Of a stretch of DNA of 64,000 nt, positions 1 through 9,700 are shown piece by piece; within the stretch, counting starts at the first letter, position 1, and every line of letters starts with the position of its first letter. A program made the translations under genes and the position numbers. This DNA is from Vulcanimicrobiota bacterium (GTDB taxonomy: Bacteria; Vulcanimicrobiota; Vulcanimicrobiia; Vulcanimicrobiales; Vulcanimicrobiaceae): the NCBI GenBank assembly GCA_963820825.1, contig CAWGBN010000002.1:96001-160000 (forward strand). Direction: 5' to 3'. A model generated the notes under the pieces. The model was not told the DNA's origin. It ran no database searches and was given only the letters and a program-made list of their open reading frames with translations.

Positions 1-1
1 A

Positions 2-622
2 GTGCTCGAGAACCTCCGCGTCGTAACCGAACGCGACGTCGCTGCGATCGTTGAACGCGTGCGGTCCGGTTCGACGTTCTACATCACGCCCGAAGGGGAT
101 TTCAGTCGCGATGGTCGCATGCATCCGATGCGTGGCGGAATCGTCGACGCCCTGGCGCCCTTTGCCGACCTCTGGCTCTGCGCGATCTCGTACGACCCTT
201 TCCGGGGCAAGCGGCTTTCGATGCTCTACCGGGTACTTCGACACCCCGGTACCACCGATATAGGAACGGCGCTGGCTGGGGCTCGGCCCATCACGACCTC
301 GGCACTCCTGGCCGCGTTTCTACTCGAGGACCGCGAGACGTTCGGGGTTCACGATGCCGTGCACGCGGTTCGTCAGCGGCTCGGTTCGCTGCCCGGCAAC
401 GTCTTCGTCGATCCCGAGTTGCAGCGCGCTCCCGACACTGCGGTCGTCAACGCACTTGCGACGCTGCGAAAGCGCGGCACGCTAGCCGTTGACAATGAAC
501 GCTACCGCCTTACCGCACGCCGAAGCGACGCAAGGTTCCCGCACATCCCCGATATGGTCGTATTTCAACGCAACATGCTCGACGAAACGCTCGCGTCGGC
601 CTTGCGGCTCGGGCCAGAGTAA
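2..622 (+). CDS. Acyltransferase (PlsC/lysophospholipid acyltransferase-like), 5'-truncated by window edge
   Basis: FYITPEGDFSRDG resembles the PlsC F-PEG-x-S motif; ORF is open at the window start. Confidence 0.6.
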   Translation: MLENLRVVTERDVAAIVERVRSGSTFYITPEGDFSRDGRMHPMRGGIVDALAPFADLWLCAISYDPFRGKRLSMLYRVLRHPGTTDIGTALAGARPITTSALLAAFLLEDRETFGVHDAVHAVRQRLGSLPGNVFVDPELQRAPDTAVVNALATLRKRGTLAVDNERYRLTARRSDARFPHIPDMVVFQRNMLDETLASALRLGPE

Positions 623-871
623 CGCGCGTTCTCAGGAGGCCGTCGCTTCGACCCGGCGTTCGTTGGATACCAGAACGAGGTCACCTCGCGCTTTGCCTGG
701 GTACCGCGCGCGCGCGCCGCCCTCGAAGCCATCGAAAGAGGGTGGGCTCAGGAACAGGGTCTTCAAGAACAACTTCCTTCTGCGGCTCAAAGTCGCAACG
801 GTTACAATGGCGCTATCCCTGCTCGAGGCGGGGTGAGCCGGCGATTATCGCGGAAGTAAATTCGTTAAACT

Positions 872-2392
872 ATGCAACCGCCCCGCGTCCGGCGTCTGCC
901 CCTTGCAGCGGCGCTCGTTACCCTGGCAGTCCATCTCGCCGGCAATCCGCATTACGGCTTCTTCCGTGACGAGCTCTACTTTATCATCTGCGGCTTTCAT
1001 CCGGCGTGGGGATACGTCGACCAGCCACCGGTCGCGCCGCTTCTGGCGGCGGGCTCGCAGCTCTTCGGCCACTCGCTCTTTCTCTTGCGCCTGGTTTGCG
1101 CGGTGTTTGCCGCGGCATCGGTCTACACCACCTGTTTGTTGGCCGCCGAACTCGGCGGTGGTGCGTTTGCGCAGTTCTTCGCCGCACTGATTGCAGTGCT
1201 CACTCCGGTCCTCATGGATTTCGGAACGAAGCTGACGACCGACGTCGTCGGATTGTGGCTGTGGCCGCTAGCGGCGCTCTACGTGCTGCGCATCGTCAAG
1301 GGAGCCGACCCGCGGTGGTGGCTGGTCGTCGGCACGATCGTGGGTATCTGCCTAGAGAGCAAATATACCGTCATCTTCTTCGCCATCGGCATCGTCTTTG
1401 GTCTGCTCGTGCTTCCGCAACGGCGCGTTCTCTTTACGGCCTGGTTCGCGGGCGGCGCTCTCGTTGCGGCGCTCATCGCAGTGCCGAACTTCCTGTGGCA
1501 AGCCGCTCACGGCTTTCCAATGTGGTCACTGTTGCGCGCTGCCGAGCAGTATAAAGACGTCTCGCTCACGCCGCTGCAGTTCCTCGCTACTCAGCTGCTG
1601 ATCACATATCCGCTGCTCGCGCCGGTTTGGCTGATCGGCTTGGCAACGCTGCTGCGCCGCGCGGACCACCGATTTCTGGGCATCGCGTATCTCGCATTGA
1701 TCGTCCAGATGATCGTTCTGCACGCAAAGCATTACTATGCCGGCGACGTCTACCCGATACCAATTGCCGCAGGTGCGGTCACAATCGAAGCGTGGACGGC
1801 GCGCGCAACCGCTTGGCGCCCCTTGCTTGCGCTCTACGCGCTGATTGCCGGCATTGCGCTCGTTCCGTTGCTGATGCCGGTTCTGCCGGAACGCGTGATG
1901 TCCACATACGACCGCACGCTTCAAACTATGCTCGCGCAAGAAGTGGATCTGGCGGTCACCGAACACACGCAGATCGGCACTTTGCCTCCCGATTGGGCCG
2001 ACATGCACGGCTGGCCGGAACTGGCGCAGACCGTCGCTCGCGTCTACGACTCACTGCCCCCCGCCGAGCGCGCTCAGACCGCGATCCTTGCAAGCAATTA
2101 CGGCGAGGCCGCCGCGCTTGATTTTTTTGGGCCGCCGTACGGCCTACCGCCGGCACTTTCGGGCCACAATCAGTATTGGGTCTGGGGTCCCCGCGGCTAC
2201 AGCGGCAACGTGCTGATCGACGTTCATGGAGACTGCGAAAATAAAGCGCACCTCTTTCGAACGCATCGCGTCGTCGCCCGGTTCGCCAATCAGTGGGGGC
2301 GACCGTTTGAACAGGGCCTTCCGATCTCGCTCTGCCGCGGAATCACCATGCCGCTGAGCGTCTATTGGCCGCAGCTTCGCAGGTTTATCTGA
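872..2392 (+). CDS. GT39/ArnT-like (GT-C fold) membrane glycosyltransferase
   Basis: FRDELYF, GYVDQPP and SKYT motifs; many TM segments; C-terminal SGHNQY. Confidence 0.85.
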   Translation: MQPPRVRRLPLAAALVTLAVHLAGNPHYGFFRDELYFIICGFHPAWGYVDQPPVAPLLAAGSQLFGHSLFLLRLVCAVFAAASVYTTCLLAAELGGGAFAQFFAALIAVLTPVLMDFGTKLTTDVVGLWLWPLAALYVLRIVKGADPRWWLVVGTIVGICLESKYTVIFFAIGIVFGLLVLPQRRVLFTAWFAGGALVAALIAVPNFLWQAAHGFPMWSLLRAAEQYKDVSLTPLQFLATQLLITYPLLAPVWLIGLATLLRRADHRFLGIAYLALIVQMIVLHAKHYYAGDVYPIPIAAGAVTIEAWTARATAWRPLLALYALIAGIALVPLLMPVLPERVMSTYDRTLQTMLAQEVDLAVTEHTQIGTLPPDWADMHGWPELAQTVARVYDSLPPAERAQTAILASNYGEAAALDFFGPPYGLPPALSGHNQYWVWGPRGYSGNVLIDVHGDCENKAHLFRTHRVVARFANQWGRPFEQGLPISLCRGITMPLSVYWPQLRRFI

Positions 2393-2411
2393 GGGCCGAC
2401 GCGCCTGGCGG

Positions 2412-2834
2412 TCAGCTCTTCGGCAGCGGAAGTCGGAGCTCGCACACCGACATTCTCCCCGGAACAGTGGTCCGCCACTGACCGTTCCAAACGCCTCCGT
2501 TCGCCTTCGCGACCTCGGGGCATTTCTTCCCGGCGTCCGACTGACTCCAAATCGGACCCGCTTCTACCGCCTCGACAACATACTTGTCCTTCGACGAGCG
2601 TAAGCGAATCTCGCAGACCGACATCTTGCCCGGCACCGTGGTCCGCCACTGACCATTCCAAACACCGCCGCTCGCATCTGCAACCTGCGGGCATTTTTTC
2701 TCCGCGTCCGCTTGACTCCAGATCGGACCCGCTTCGACGTTGACCGTCCTTGCTCGCGCGGAGACGGCTACGGGAGCCGTCGTGCTAACCAGCGCCGCGA
2801 CCACACTAAAACATGCCGAAACGAGAAGTTTCAT
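2412..2834 (-). CDS. Secreted two-domain mannan-binding lectin (MVL family)
   Basis: Signal peptide, then two near-identical domains VEAGPIWSQ..C....GGVWNGQWRTTVPG.MSVC matching the MVL GPLWS / GQW motifs. Confidence 0.8.
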   Translation of the reverse strand: MKLLVSACFSVVAALVSTTAPVAVSARARTVNVEAGPIWSQADAEKKCPQVADASGGVWNGQWRTTVPGKMSVCEIRLRSSKDKYVVEAVEAGPIWSQSDAGKKCPEVAKANGGVWNGQWRTTVPGRMSVCELRLPLPKS

Positions 2835-2864
2835 ACGGTTTGCCTCGCTAAGTCTGATCTGCGT

Positions 2865-3992
2865 TTACAGGCTGACCCTGCCGATGCGCGAAGTGCCGGC
2901 CTGCATATTGTCCTCGTTGAACCACAACGTGCGCTTCTGTCCTCGAATGAGCGTGTACGAAGTCGAGTTGCCGTCGGGCAGATTGAAGGAGGCCATCGCG
3001 CCTTTCGGAGTCATTCGCAGCAGCGTCACGCCGCAATCGACCCAGAGGTTACCGTCGGCGCCCGCCGCGATCGCTGTAGGAGCGCTGCAGTTGGGCGTCG
3101 CGATGGTCTTGACCCCGCCGGACGGCGTGACCCGCGCGACGGACCCGGCGTTTTCCTCGGTCACCCACATGTTGCCGTCGGGGCCAGCCGCGATGCCGCC
3201 TAGGGCGATGTTCGCGCTCGAGAGCGGATACATCGTGATCGAACCCGAGGACGTCGATTTCCCCACGTACTTTGCCTCGGACGCGAACCAGATGTTGCCG
3301 TCCGGTCCACGCGCGATCCCGATCGGGATGTAGGCGTTGCTCCCCTCGTACGGCACCGGGTAGGACGTCAGCGCGCCGGTCGAAGGATTGAGTTTAGCGA
3401 GATACCCGCCACTCGAAGCGAAGATGCCGAGCCACACCTGACTCGGGCTCGTTGCGGCCACGCTGTAGAAGCCAAGACTGCCGGATGGTGCGCCGCTGGG
3501 CGTCACGACCGTGACGTGTCCGTTCTTCCCGATGCGGCCGAGTTGCAGTGAGCTTCCCGAAATGACGGGAAACCACAGCGGCACGAACCGCTTGGCGTTG
3601 CACGGGCTCGACTTCATCTTGTCTCGACCGCAGCCGGCCATCGTCGTGACACGACCGATCGAACCGGGGTAGCGGAATTCCTTGACTTTGCCGCGCGGCG
3701 TGATGCGCCCAAGCCCGGCGCTCTGTCCTCCGTTGATTTGCGAGACGAACCAGATGCCGTTCGTTGCGGGCGCCATCGCGACGATCAGTTGAGACCTAGG
3801 AACGGCGAAATCCCGCAGAACGGGGCTGCGATCCCCGACTCGCGCATTGGCATGGGTGCGCGCCGTCGATTCGAAGGCGGGGAGACCGTTGGGCGGCGCG
3901 AGGCCGACACTCTGACCGCCGTTGCAGGCGCTCAGAGCGAGGAAGATCAGAGTGGGCGCCAACGGAGAAGAGCGCGGCATCACTAGTCGCAT
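2865..3992 (-). CDS. Vgb-lyase-like beta-propeller lipoprotein
   Basis: AAGGAGG RBS 8 nt before ATG 3992; lipobox LSAC; repeated GIAxGPDGNxW units. Confidence 0.8.
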   Translation of the reverse strand: MRLVMPRSSPLAPTLIFLALSACNGGQSVGLAPPNGLPAFESTARTHANARVGDRSPVLRDFAVPRSQLIVAMAPATNGIWFVSQINGGQSAGLGRITPRGKVKEFRYPGSIGRVTTMAGCGRDKMKSSPCNAKRFVPLWFPVISGSSLQLGRIGKNGHVTVVTPSGAPSGSLGFYSVAATSPSQVWLGIFASSGGYLAKLNPSTGALTSYPVPYEGSNAYIPIGIARGPDGNIWFASEAKYVGKSTSSGSITMYPLSSANIALGGIAAGPDGNMWVTEENAGSVARVTPSGGVKTIATPNCSAPTAIAAGADGNLWVDCGVTLLRMTPKGAMASFNLPDGNSTSYTLIRGQKRTLWFNEDNMQAGTSRIGRVSL

Positions 3993-4400
3993 GCGTCGGA
4001 CCTCCTTAACCGGCATTCGCCGGACGAGAAGCATTTGGCCGACGGTTTGCCGTCTTCCCGTATGCCGTGCGGAGATCGGCGAGGAGAACGGTTGCGGGAT
4101 CGCCGCGCAAGCTCGATTAGCAGCTTCTTGTTCTAACCGTTTTTCACCCGAAACTTTGCCCACGGCGTCGCCTTTAACGAAACCTCGCAGATCACTGCCG
4201 ACTGGAGCGCGCTTGGAAGCCCGGGGCATCAGTTGCTCGAGGTTGCGGGCGGTGTCGGCTATAACGTGGTGAGACCGCTTGGCGGCCCGACCTGGTTCGT
4301 TCGAATTCAGTTGAGGCTGCTCTACCGCGACGCGAAGTCCCCGTGACGCCCATGCGGCCACGGCGGCAGAGCGATCTGCCTGCCGCCCTGCAACAATAGC

Positions 4401-4892
4401 CTACGAAGAGCGCGTGCAGGTTCCCTTAAAGTTCGGTTTCGTAGACGTCACCGTCGGATAGCTCATGAAAGCGAAGCTGTTCTGGTTGGTACGCACCGTT
4501 TGACCGTGGCCGAGCTTACCGGAGTTCGCCTGATCCGTCCAATGCTCGGTATTTCCCGTCCATGGTTTCGCGAATGAGACCGACCAGCCCGCCAAGTTGT
4601 CGATCTGAGTTTCGGCGTAGCGACCGTTCTTCGCGTCGTATGACGTAGCAATGTTAATCACGTAGGGCTTCGTCATCTTGCCCTGGGCCGGCACGACGAC
4701 CCACTCGCGCATAAGCCCGGAATCCATCGTGAACGTTGCGGTCGCCTTGACGGAGGGTTGTCCGACATTCCCCGCCACGCAGGACCACGTGCCGACGTAA
4801 TACTGCATCGCGGCCATGCCCGCGGGCGGCTGCGCCGCGGCTGGTGCGGCAACGCCGATGGCTAGGAAAAATGCGGTGAGAATCGTTTTCAA
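4401..4892 (-). CDS. Secreted hypothetical protein (GTWxC family, paralog of 25514-26065)
   Basis: TTG start with AGGTAGGA upstream; signal peptide; YYVGTWSC near the N-terminus and a Cys near the C-terminus. Confidence 0.7.
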   Translation of the reverse strand: MKTILTAFFLAIGVAAPAAAQPPAGMAAMQYYVGTWSCVAGNVGQPSVKATATFTMDSGLMREWVVVPAQGKMTKPYVINIATSYDAKNGRYAETQIDNLAGWSVSFAKPWTGNTEHWTDQANSGKLGHGQTVRTNQNSFAFMSYPTVTSTKPNFKGTCTRSS

Positions 4893-4993
4893 GGAATTCC
4901 TACCTTTCGATCGGGCCGCGATGGCCCGCAGCTTGTCCAGTTAGCTTGCGGTCGGTACAAATCCTTACAAACTGGGTTATCGCCGACGAAGGG

Positions 4994-5857
4994 TCATTGC
5001 CGCTCGACCTCGGCTCGTTCGAGCGCGAGGCCGACGGCGATGTAGTCTTCGTTGCCGACGCCCATCCCGACGGCTCGTTCGAACTCCTCGAATGCGCACT
5101 CCAGCAACGGCGCGCTGACGTGCATCTCTTGCCGAGATGCTCGGGCGAGACGAAGATCCTTGAGCAGCGCGTTTGCCGAAAAGCGCGGTCGCGTATCGTG
5201 TTCGTGCAACTGCTGACCCTTGGTAGCGACTCGCCCGAGGGCTTGAACGAGCGAATCGATGGCAAGGGTACGATCGACGCCGGCCCGACGCATGATGGCG
5301 AGTAGCTCGCCGATTGCATCGGCATTTACGCAGAGCATCGAGTTATACGCAAGTTTGACGTGACCGCTGGCCGACGGAGAACCGGTAAACTTGATCGTAG
5401 AGCCCATCGCGCTCAGGAGCTCGCGGCCGCGATCGAATGCCCGGCTCGCGCCTCCCGGTAAGAGCGTCAGCGTGCCGGTGCGCGCGCCGTCGACGCTGCC
5501 GAGGACCGGACACGCGAGAAAATCCACGTCTCGCTGCACTGCCGCCTCCGCGAGCCTCTCGTACATCTGCGGCGAAAGCGTGGTGGATTCGATGACGAGT
5601 TGTTCCTTGCGCGCGGCCGGAATGATCCGGCCCAGCGAAATCTCTCGCGCGACCTCGTCGTCCCAGAGCATTGCGATCACCGCATCGACGCCGCCGACCA
5701 TGGATTCGAGGCTATCGAACGGCGTCGCGCCGGCGGACACCGACGATTCCATCATCGCAGGATCGATGTTCCATGCGGAGATCCGATAGCCGCGATCGAG
5801 CAGATTGCACGCAATTGCGGTTCCCATCTTCCCGGTGCCCGCAATTCCAACGTGCAT
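4994..5857 (-). CDS. NAD(P)-dependent beta-hydroxyacid dehydrogenase (3-hydroxyisobutyrate/6PGD family)
   Basis: GIAGTGKMG Rossmann motif; CPVLGS; KLAYN; FSANALLKDL. Confidence 0.85.
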   Translation of the reverse strand: MHVGIAGTGKMGTAIACNLLDRGYRISAWNIDPAMMESSVSAGATPFDSLESMVGGVDAVIAMLWDDEVAREISLGRIIPAARKEQLVIESTTLSPQMYERLAEAAVQRDVDFLACPVLGSVDGARTGTLTLLPGGASRAFDRGRELLSAMGSTIKFTGSPSASGHVKLAYNSMLCVNADAIGELLAIMRRAGVDRTLAIDSLVQALGRVATKGQQLHEHDTRPRFSANALLKDLRLARASRQEMHVSAPLLECAFEEFERAVGMGVGNEDYIAVGLALERAEVERQ

Positions 5858-5872
5858 CGTCGACCGGTCTCC

Positions 5873-6649
5873 TTACAAGCCCGGGATCGTGCCGGGAGCC
5901 AAGAGTCCGATGACGGCAAGCGCACCGAGGGCCGCGCCGACCGGCGCGACGATTCGGTTACCCCCGGGGGTCGCCTTCTCGACGAACATTATCGTTGCAA
6001 GCACGCCCATCCACGCCAAGTGCGCGACGCCTGCGGCAAACATCACCAGCATCAGCGCCCAACAGCACCCGACGCAGTAGAGCGCGTGACCGAAGCCAAG
6101 GCGCAACCCGTTGAACGCGCCGCGCCGGTAATGACGCATCAGATACATGCCGGGATGGCGACACGCCTTCAGACAAGCATCCTTGAGCGGCGTGAACTGA
6201 TAGAGGGCGGCGAGCCCAAGCGTTCCAGCCGGGATCAGGGTTGCGTGCGCCGCGAGCCAGGGCCATGTATCGACGATTCGGTGCAGTTGCACGTCGCCGG
6301 TAAACGCAGCCAGCGCAAATGCCGTCCAAACCGCGAAGTAGCCTCCGAGGAACAGGATCAGTGCAAGCTGGAAGCCGGGCGCGCGCCCTGCGGTCGCCGC
6401 GTAGAGCCGTATGAATCCGAGCGAGGAGGGGAGCATCATTGCCGCGGTCATGAACTGCCACGCGGCGAGCACGAGCAGCGCGGCGAACCAATACGGCCGC
6501 CCACTTGCATAGAGCGCGTCGTGGTGCAGTTGCGCGGCGTTGCCGCTGCGCTCCGCCCAGACGCAGACGGCCCAGGCGAACGCGATCGCGCCGCCGAGAA
6601 CGTAGAGCGTATTGAAGCGCGCGGATCGATGCGCGGCGTTCGCCACCAT
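5873..6649 (-). CDS. DUF2182-like putative metal-binding membrane protein
   Basis: WxxMTAAMMLPS, YQFTPLKDACLKACRHP and CVGCCWALM motifs. Confidence 0.85.
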   Translation of the reverse strand: MVANAAHRSARFNTLYVLGGAIAFAWAVCVWAERSGNAAQLHHDALYASGRPYWFAALLVLAAWQFMTAAMMLPSSLGFIRLYAATAGRAPGFQLALILFLGGYFAVWTAFALAAFTGDVQLHRIVDTWPWLAAHATLIPAGTLGLAALYQFTPLKDACLKACRHPGMYLMRHYRRGAFNGLRLGFGHALYCVGCCWALMLVMFAAGVAHLAWMGVLATIMFVEKATPGGNRIVAPVGAALGALAVIGLLAPGTIPGL

Positions 6650-6653
6650 GACG

Positions 6654-7295
6654 TTACGCCTCTAGCAGAAAGTCGCCCTGGATCGCGTTGCGATCCTTAA
6701 ACGTCCAAACCATTCCGTGTTCGGGAATGTTCACGACGTGCTCGGAGGCCTTGGCGATATATGCCGGAGCGCCGGGTATCGTACTGAAGATGGTGTCGCG
6801 CAGCGTCGTGATCGCTCCGTACGCGCTGCGGTACGGTGCCATGGTCGCACGAATCTTGTCGCCGACCACTAGCGTGCCCTCACCACCCTTGAGGTTGTGC
6901 TCGATCGCCGCGGTCTCGATCGCGACGTCTTCACCGACCAAACCATTGAGGTCCGCAAGCGGGCCGCCCAAGCGGCCGTGCCAGGCATCGAGAATTGCGG
7001 CTCGCTGCTCCTCCGTCGCTCGCGCATCCACGTAGCTTATGCGCTTCCAGCTCTTCGGCGTAAGAACGTTGCCCGGAATCTTGACGACCTCTACGTAGGT
7101 CAATCCGGTTACGTCGACTCCATTGATCTCGCCTTTCTCGATGTTATAGGCAAGAAACGAGTCGCAGGCGCCGCCGTCGGGATCTTCGCCGATCCAACAA
7201 CGGCAGAGCGTTCGGCACGAGCAGGCCTCGAGCAGCGTGCCCTGCAGCGTATAGGCCTTTGCCGAGGCTTTAGGAGTCGGTTGAGTCTGAGTCAT
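6654..7295 (-). CDS. DUF1326-like protein
   Basis: EACSC..LC.CW...PD.G.C motif; GGAGG RBS before ATG 7295; adjacent to DUF2182 as commonly seen. Confidence 0.85.
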   Translation of the reverse strand: MTQTQPTPKASAKAYTLQGTLLEACSCRTLCRCWIGEDPDGGACDSFLAYNIEKGEINGVDVTGLTYVEVVKIPGNVLTPKSWKRISYVDARATEEQRAAILDAWHGRLGGPLADLNGLVGEDVAIETAAIEHNLKGGEGTLVVGDKIRATMAPYRSAYGAITTLRDTIFSTIPGAPAYIAKASEHVVNIPEHGMVWTFKDRNAIQGDFLLEA

Positions 7296-7357
7296 CGTTT
7301 CGTCCCTCCTCGGCGGACACGCTTCCACGGGTCAGCTCCGTTGCCCCGGTCGCGTGG

Positions 7358-7630
7358 CTAGCCGGTGACGACCCAGACGACTACGGCCGCGGACGCGACG
7401 ATTGAAAGCGCGCTCCCGAGAAGCGCACATTCCGCGAAGCCAAGGCCATGCCGCCGTATTCTATACGCCGCGACGGCGCCCAAAGCCAGACCGATCGCCG
7501 CCTGAAGCGTGAGGCGGACGTGAGCCGTACGCGGCAGCCAGCCGGCCGACAGAAGCAGGTAGCTGAAGAGTGCGCCGCATGCGATTCCAATCAAGGCGCC
7601 TGCGAGCGACAATAATACCCCGGTCAGCAC
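7358..7630 (-). CDS. Small membrane protein
   Basis: 90 aa with three hydrophobic segments; start overlaps the upstream stop. Confidence 0.6.
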   Translation of the reverse strand: MLTGVLLSLAGALIGIACGALFSYLLLSAGWLPRTAHVRLTLQAAIGLALGAVAAYRIRRHGLGFAECALLGSALSIVASAAVVVWVVTG

Positions 7631-8268
7631 GGCCGGCTGACCTGTTCGCCGGAGTAGATCTCAATTACGCCGAATCCCGCGCCGGTGATCGTCGTGTCGC
7701 TGAAGAGACGTCCGACATTTTGAAGGACGCCGCCGTACGGCCCTTGCGTTGCGACCGTATAGCATGGCGGGAACATGAGCTCGAGATGGCCGACCGCCAC
7801 AATTCCGAACGCGGTGTAGGTGTCACCGGGATCGATGGTCGGCGACGTTACTCCGCCTTTCGATTGTAGATGCGAACGGAAATGCGTCCCCGCGTGGAAA
7901 TGCAGATTCAAATACACGATCGGCGTTCCGTTGCCGAGTTGCGGCTGGTAGTAAATGTTTTGCGTGCTGGTACGCAGCGTCAGCTTCACCGAGCGCTCGA
8001 CGCCCGGATACTGCAGCGACCCGCCGAAGCTTCCGAACGCCGGGATACAGAACGAACCGCCCTTGGTCTTGAGCTTCAGGTCGATACTTGCGTATTTCTT
8101 GGTCGTCCGTTGGCCTTTGCAGCTTGGCGGCCCGGTCGTAGCACTGGCAAGCGCCGGTGCGGCAGGCATCGTGCCGTTGCTCGCGGCCTGCAATCCGCCG
8201 CAGCCGGCCACCAGAACGACGACCCCGCCGATGCCCAGCGCGCGACGAACGATGTCGAATCTCAGCAT
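7624..8268 (-). CDS. Hypothetical lipoprotein
   Basis: Lipobox VAGC followed by an Ala/Pro linker and a beta-rich domain. Confidence 0.7.
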   Translation of the reverse strand: MLRFDIVRRALGIGGVVVLVAGCGGLQAASNGTMPAAPALASATTGPPSCKGQRTTKKYASIDLKLKTKGGSFCIPAFGSFGGSLQYPGVERSVKLTLRTSTQNIYYQPQLGNGTPIVYLNLHFHAGTHFRSHLQSKGGVTSPTIDPGDTYTAFGIVAVGHLELMFPPCYTVATQGPYGGVLQNVGRLFSDTTITGAGFGVIEIYSGEQVSRPC

Positions 8269-8289
8269 GTCGCTGAGTATCGTTCAACG

Positions 8290-8679
8290 CTAACCGCTTA
8301 TTGCCCGCGCCTCAATCGTCAACCGTCGGACCGGCGCGCCGTCGAAGCCGCCCACGTCGTCGAGTGTGCTGCGAATATCGAGCACCTTGTCCAACCGGAT
8401 GACCTCGAAGAGCCGGCGTACCGGACCGCGGAGCCCGGTCAGAATTAGCTCTGCCCCGCGCTTCCGGCATGCTTGATAGAGGGCCATCAGGCATTGGAGA
8501 ATCGTCGAGTCGATATACTCGCACCGGTGAAGGTCTACGACGATCACCCCGGCAGTCTGAGCGACTGCGAAGGCATCGGTGACCCGGTCGCGTTCCGATA
8601 GGTCGAATTCGCCCTCGAGCCGGATGATAAAACTCGTTGTCGCGGCCGAAGTCGCGCTGGCGGCGTTGCCGAGTTGCAT
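8290..8679 (-). CDS. STAS-domain anti-sigma factor antagonist
   Basis: LEGEFDL, VDL..CEYIDST (phosphorylatable Ser) and VRRLFEV motifs. Confidence 0.85.
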   Translation of the reverse strand: MQLGNAASATSAATTSFIIRLEGEFDLSERDRVTDAFAVAQTAGVIVVDLHRCEYIDSTILQCLMALYQACRKRGAELILTGLRGPVRRLFEVIRLDKVLDIRSTLDDVGGFDGAPVRRLTIEARAISG

Positions 8680-8818
8680 GTCTCAGTTACCCCTTAAAAC
8701 CTGGCAGCTAAAAAAGAGCAACAAAAACCCGAGTCCTGACGCGTCCTATTATTCTAAAATCCCGGACCGGCCGTCTGTAATCTAAATTACATTGGGGTGC
8801 AAGTCCGACCCGTCAGGT

Positions 8819-9478
8819 TTAGAGCCGTTTGATAGTCGCCAACCAGGCGGGTGCGCCGTCGTCGTGGTATCGCGTCTGAACCTTCGCCGGCTCGATGGCG
8901 GCGATATTCCAGCTACTGCCTGGGTTGAAGGCCGCTCTCAACTCGTCACGGCTGACGGGGTGCGGACCGATATCGGGCCCGGCGTCGCTAAAGCAGAGTA
9001 CGTACAGCGTCGTGCCGGGTGCGGTTACCGATGCTAGACTCGTTACGTATCGCCGTCGCTCGTCGCCGTCGAAAGTGTGAAAGAGTCCGCAGTCCAGCAC
9101 CGTCTCAAACGTGCGCCTCAAAGGCTGCAACTCAAAGGCATCGGCTGCCGCGAACTCCGCCTCGATCGCGCGGCTCTCAGCCTTCGCCCGGGCGATGGCC
9201 AAGGCCGTCTCGGCCACGTCAACGCCCAGAACCGGCAACCCCAGTGAGGCAATGTGCAGAGCGTTTTCGCCGCTCCCGCAGCCCGCATCGAGCACCGCTC
9301 CGACGAATGCGCCTTCGGACGCCAGACGAACTATTTCCGGCTGCGGCCCGCCGATATCCCACGGCGCAGGCCCGTCGCGGTACGACGCATCCCACGGCTC
9401 TCCCGAGCGCCGTTCGTGACTCGTCGGCCGGCGGCCGCCAAACGGATACTCGGCTCGGCCTCCCAATCGCTCTGACAA
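8819..9478 (-). CDS. Class I SAM-dependent methyltransferase
   Basis: APWDIGGPQP, VLDAGCGSG and LDCGLFH motifs. Confidence 0.9.
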   Translation of the reverse strand: MSERLGGRAEYPFGGRRPTSHERRSGEPWDASYRDGPAPWDIGGPQPEIVRLASEGAFVGAVLDAGCGSGENALHIASLGLPVLGVDVAETALAIARAKAESRAIEAEFAAADAFELQPLRRTFETVLDCGLFHTFDGDERRRYVTSLASVTAPGTTLYVLCFSDAGPDIGPHPVSRDELRAAFNPGSSWNIAAIEPAKVQTRYHDDGAPAWLATIKRL

Positions 9479-9595
9479 CTTCTTCCCTCTCTTTACGATC
9501 TCTTCGACCGAGCAGTATCTCCGCCCTTAGCCGTTAGACGCCATCGTCCAAACGCCATAAGTTTCCCGGATCGCTAACGCTACAGGTACGCTGCA

Positions 9596-9616
9596 ATAGT
9601 CAAGAGATAGTCAAGA
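9596..9616. promoter_or_regulatory. Direct repeat ATAGTCAAGA x2 with 11-bp period; candidate transcription-factor site
   Basis: Perfect 10-mers at 9596-9605 and 9607-9616 in a divergent intergenic region; TATACT at 9641-9646. Confidence 0.45.
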
Positions 9617-9700
9617 TGCGCCATGCGGCGCAAAACGCTCTATACTAGAGCGGGGCTGCGCTTACGCAGTCACGGGCTACTCTTGGAGGTTTCGAGCACT

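Noticed and set aside
623..871. Short ORFs 489-836 and 742-969 and a (GC)n run near 705
   Set aside because: No recognisable motifs, and both overlap real genes; treated as intergenic
3993..4400. N-terminal extension of the Vgb-like ORF, or an ncRNA in this 400-bp gap
   Set aside because: A strong RBS and signal peptide place the start at 3992; I found no tRNA, SRP or riboswitch signature, only a GC hairpin at 4362-4387
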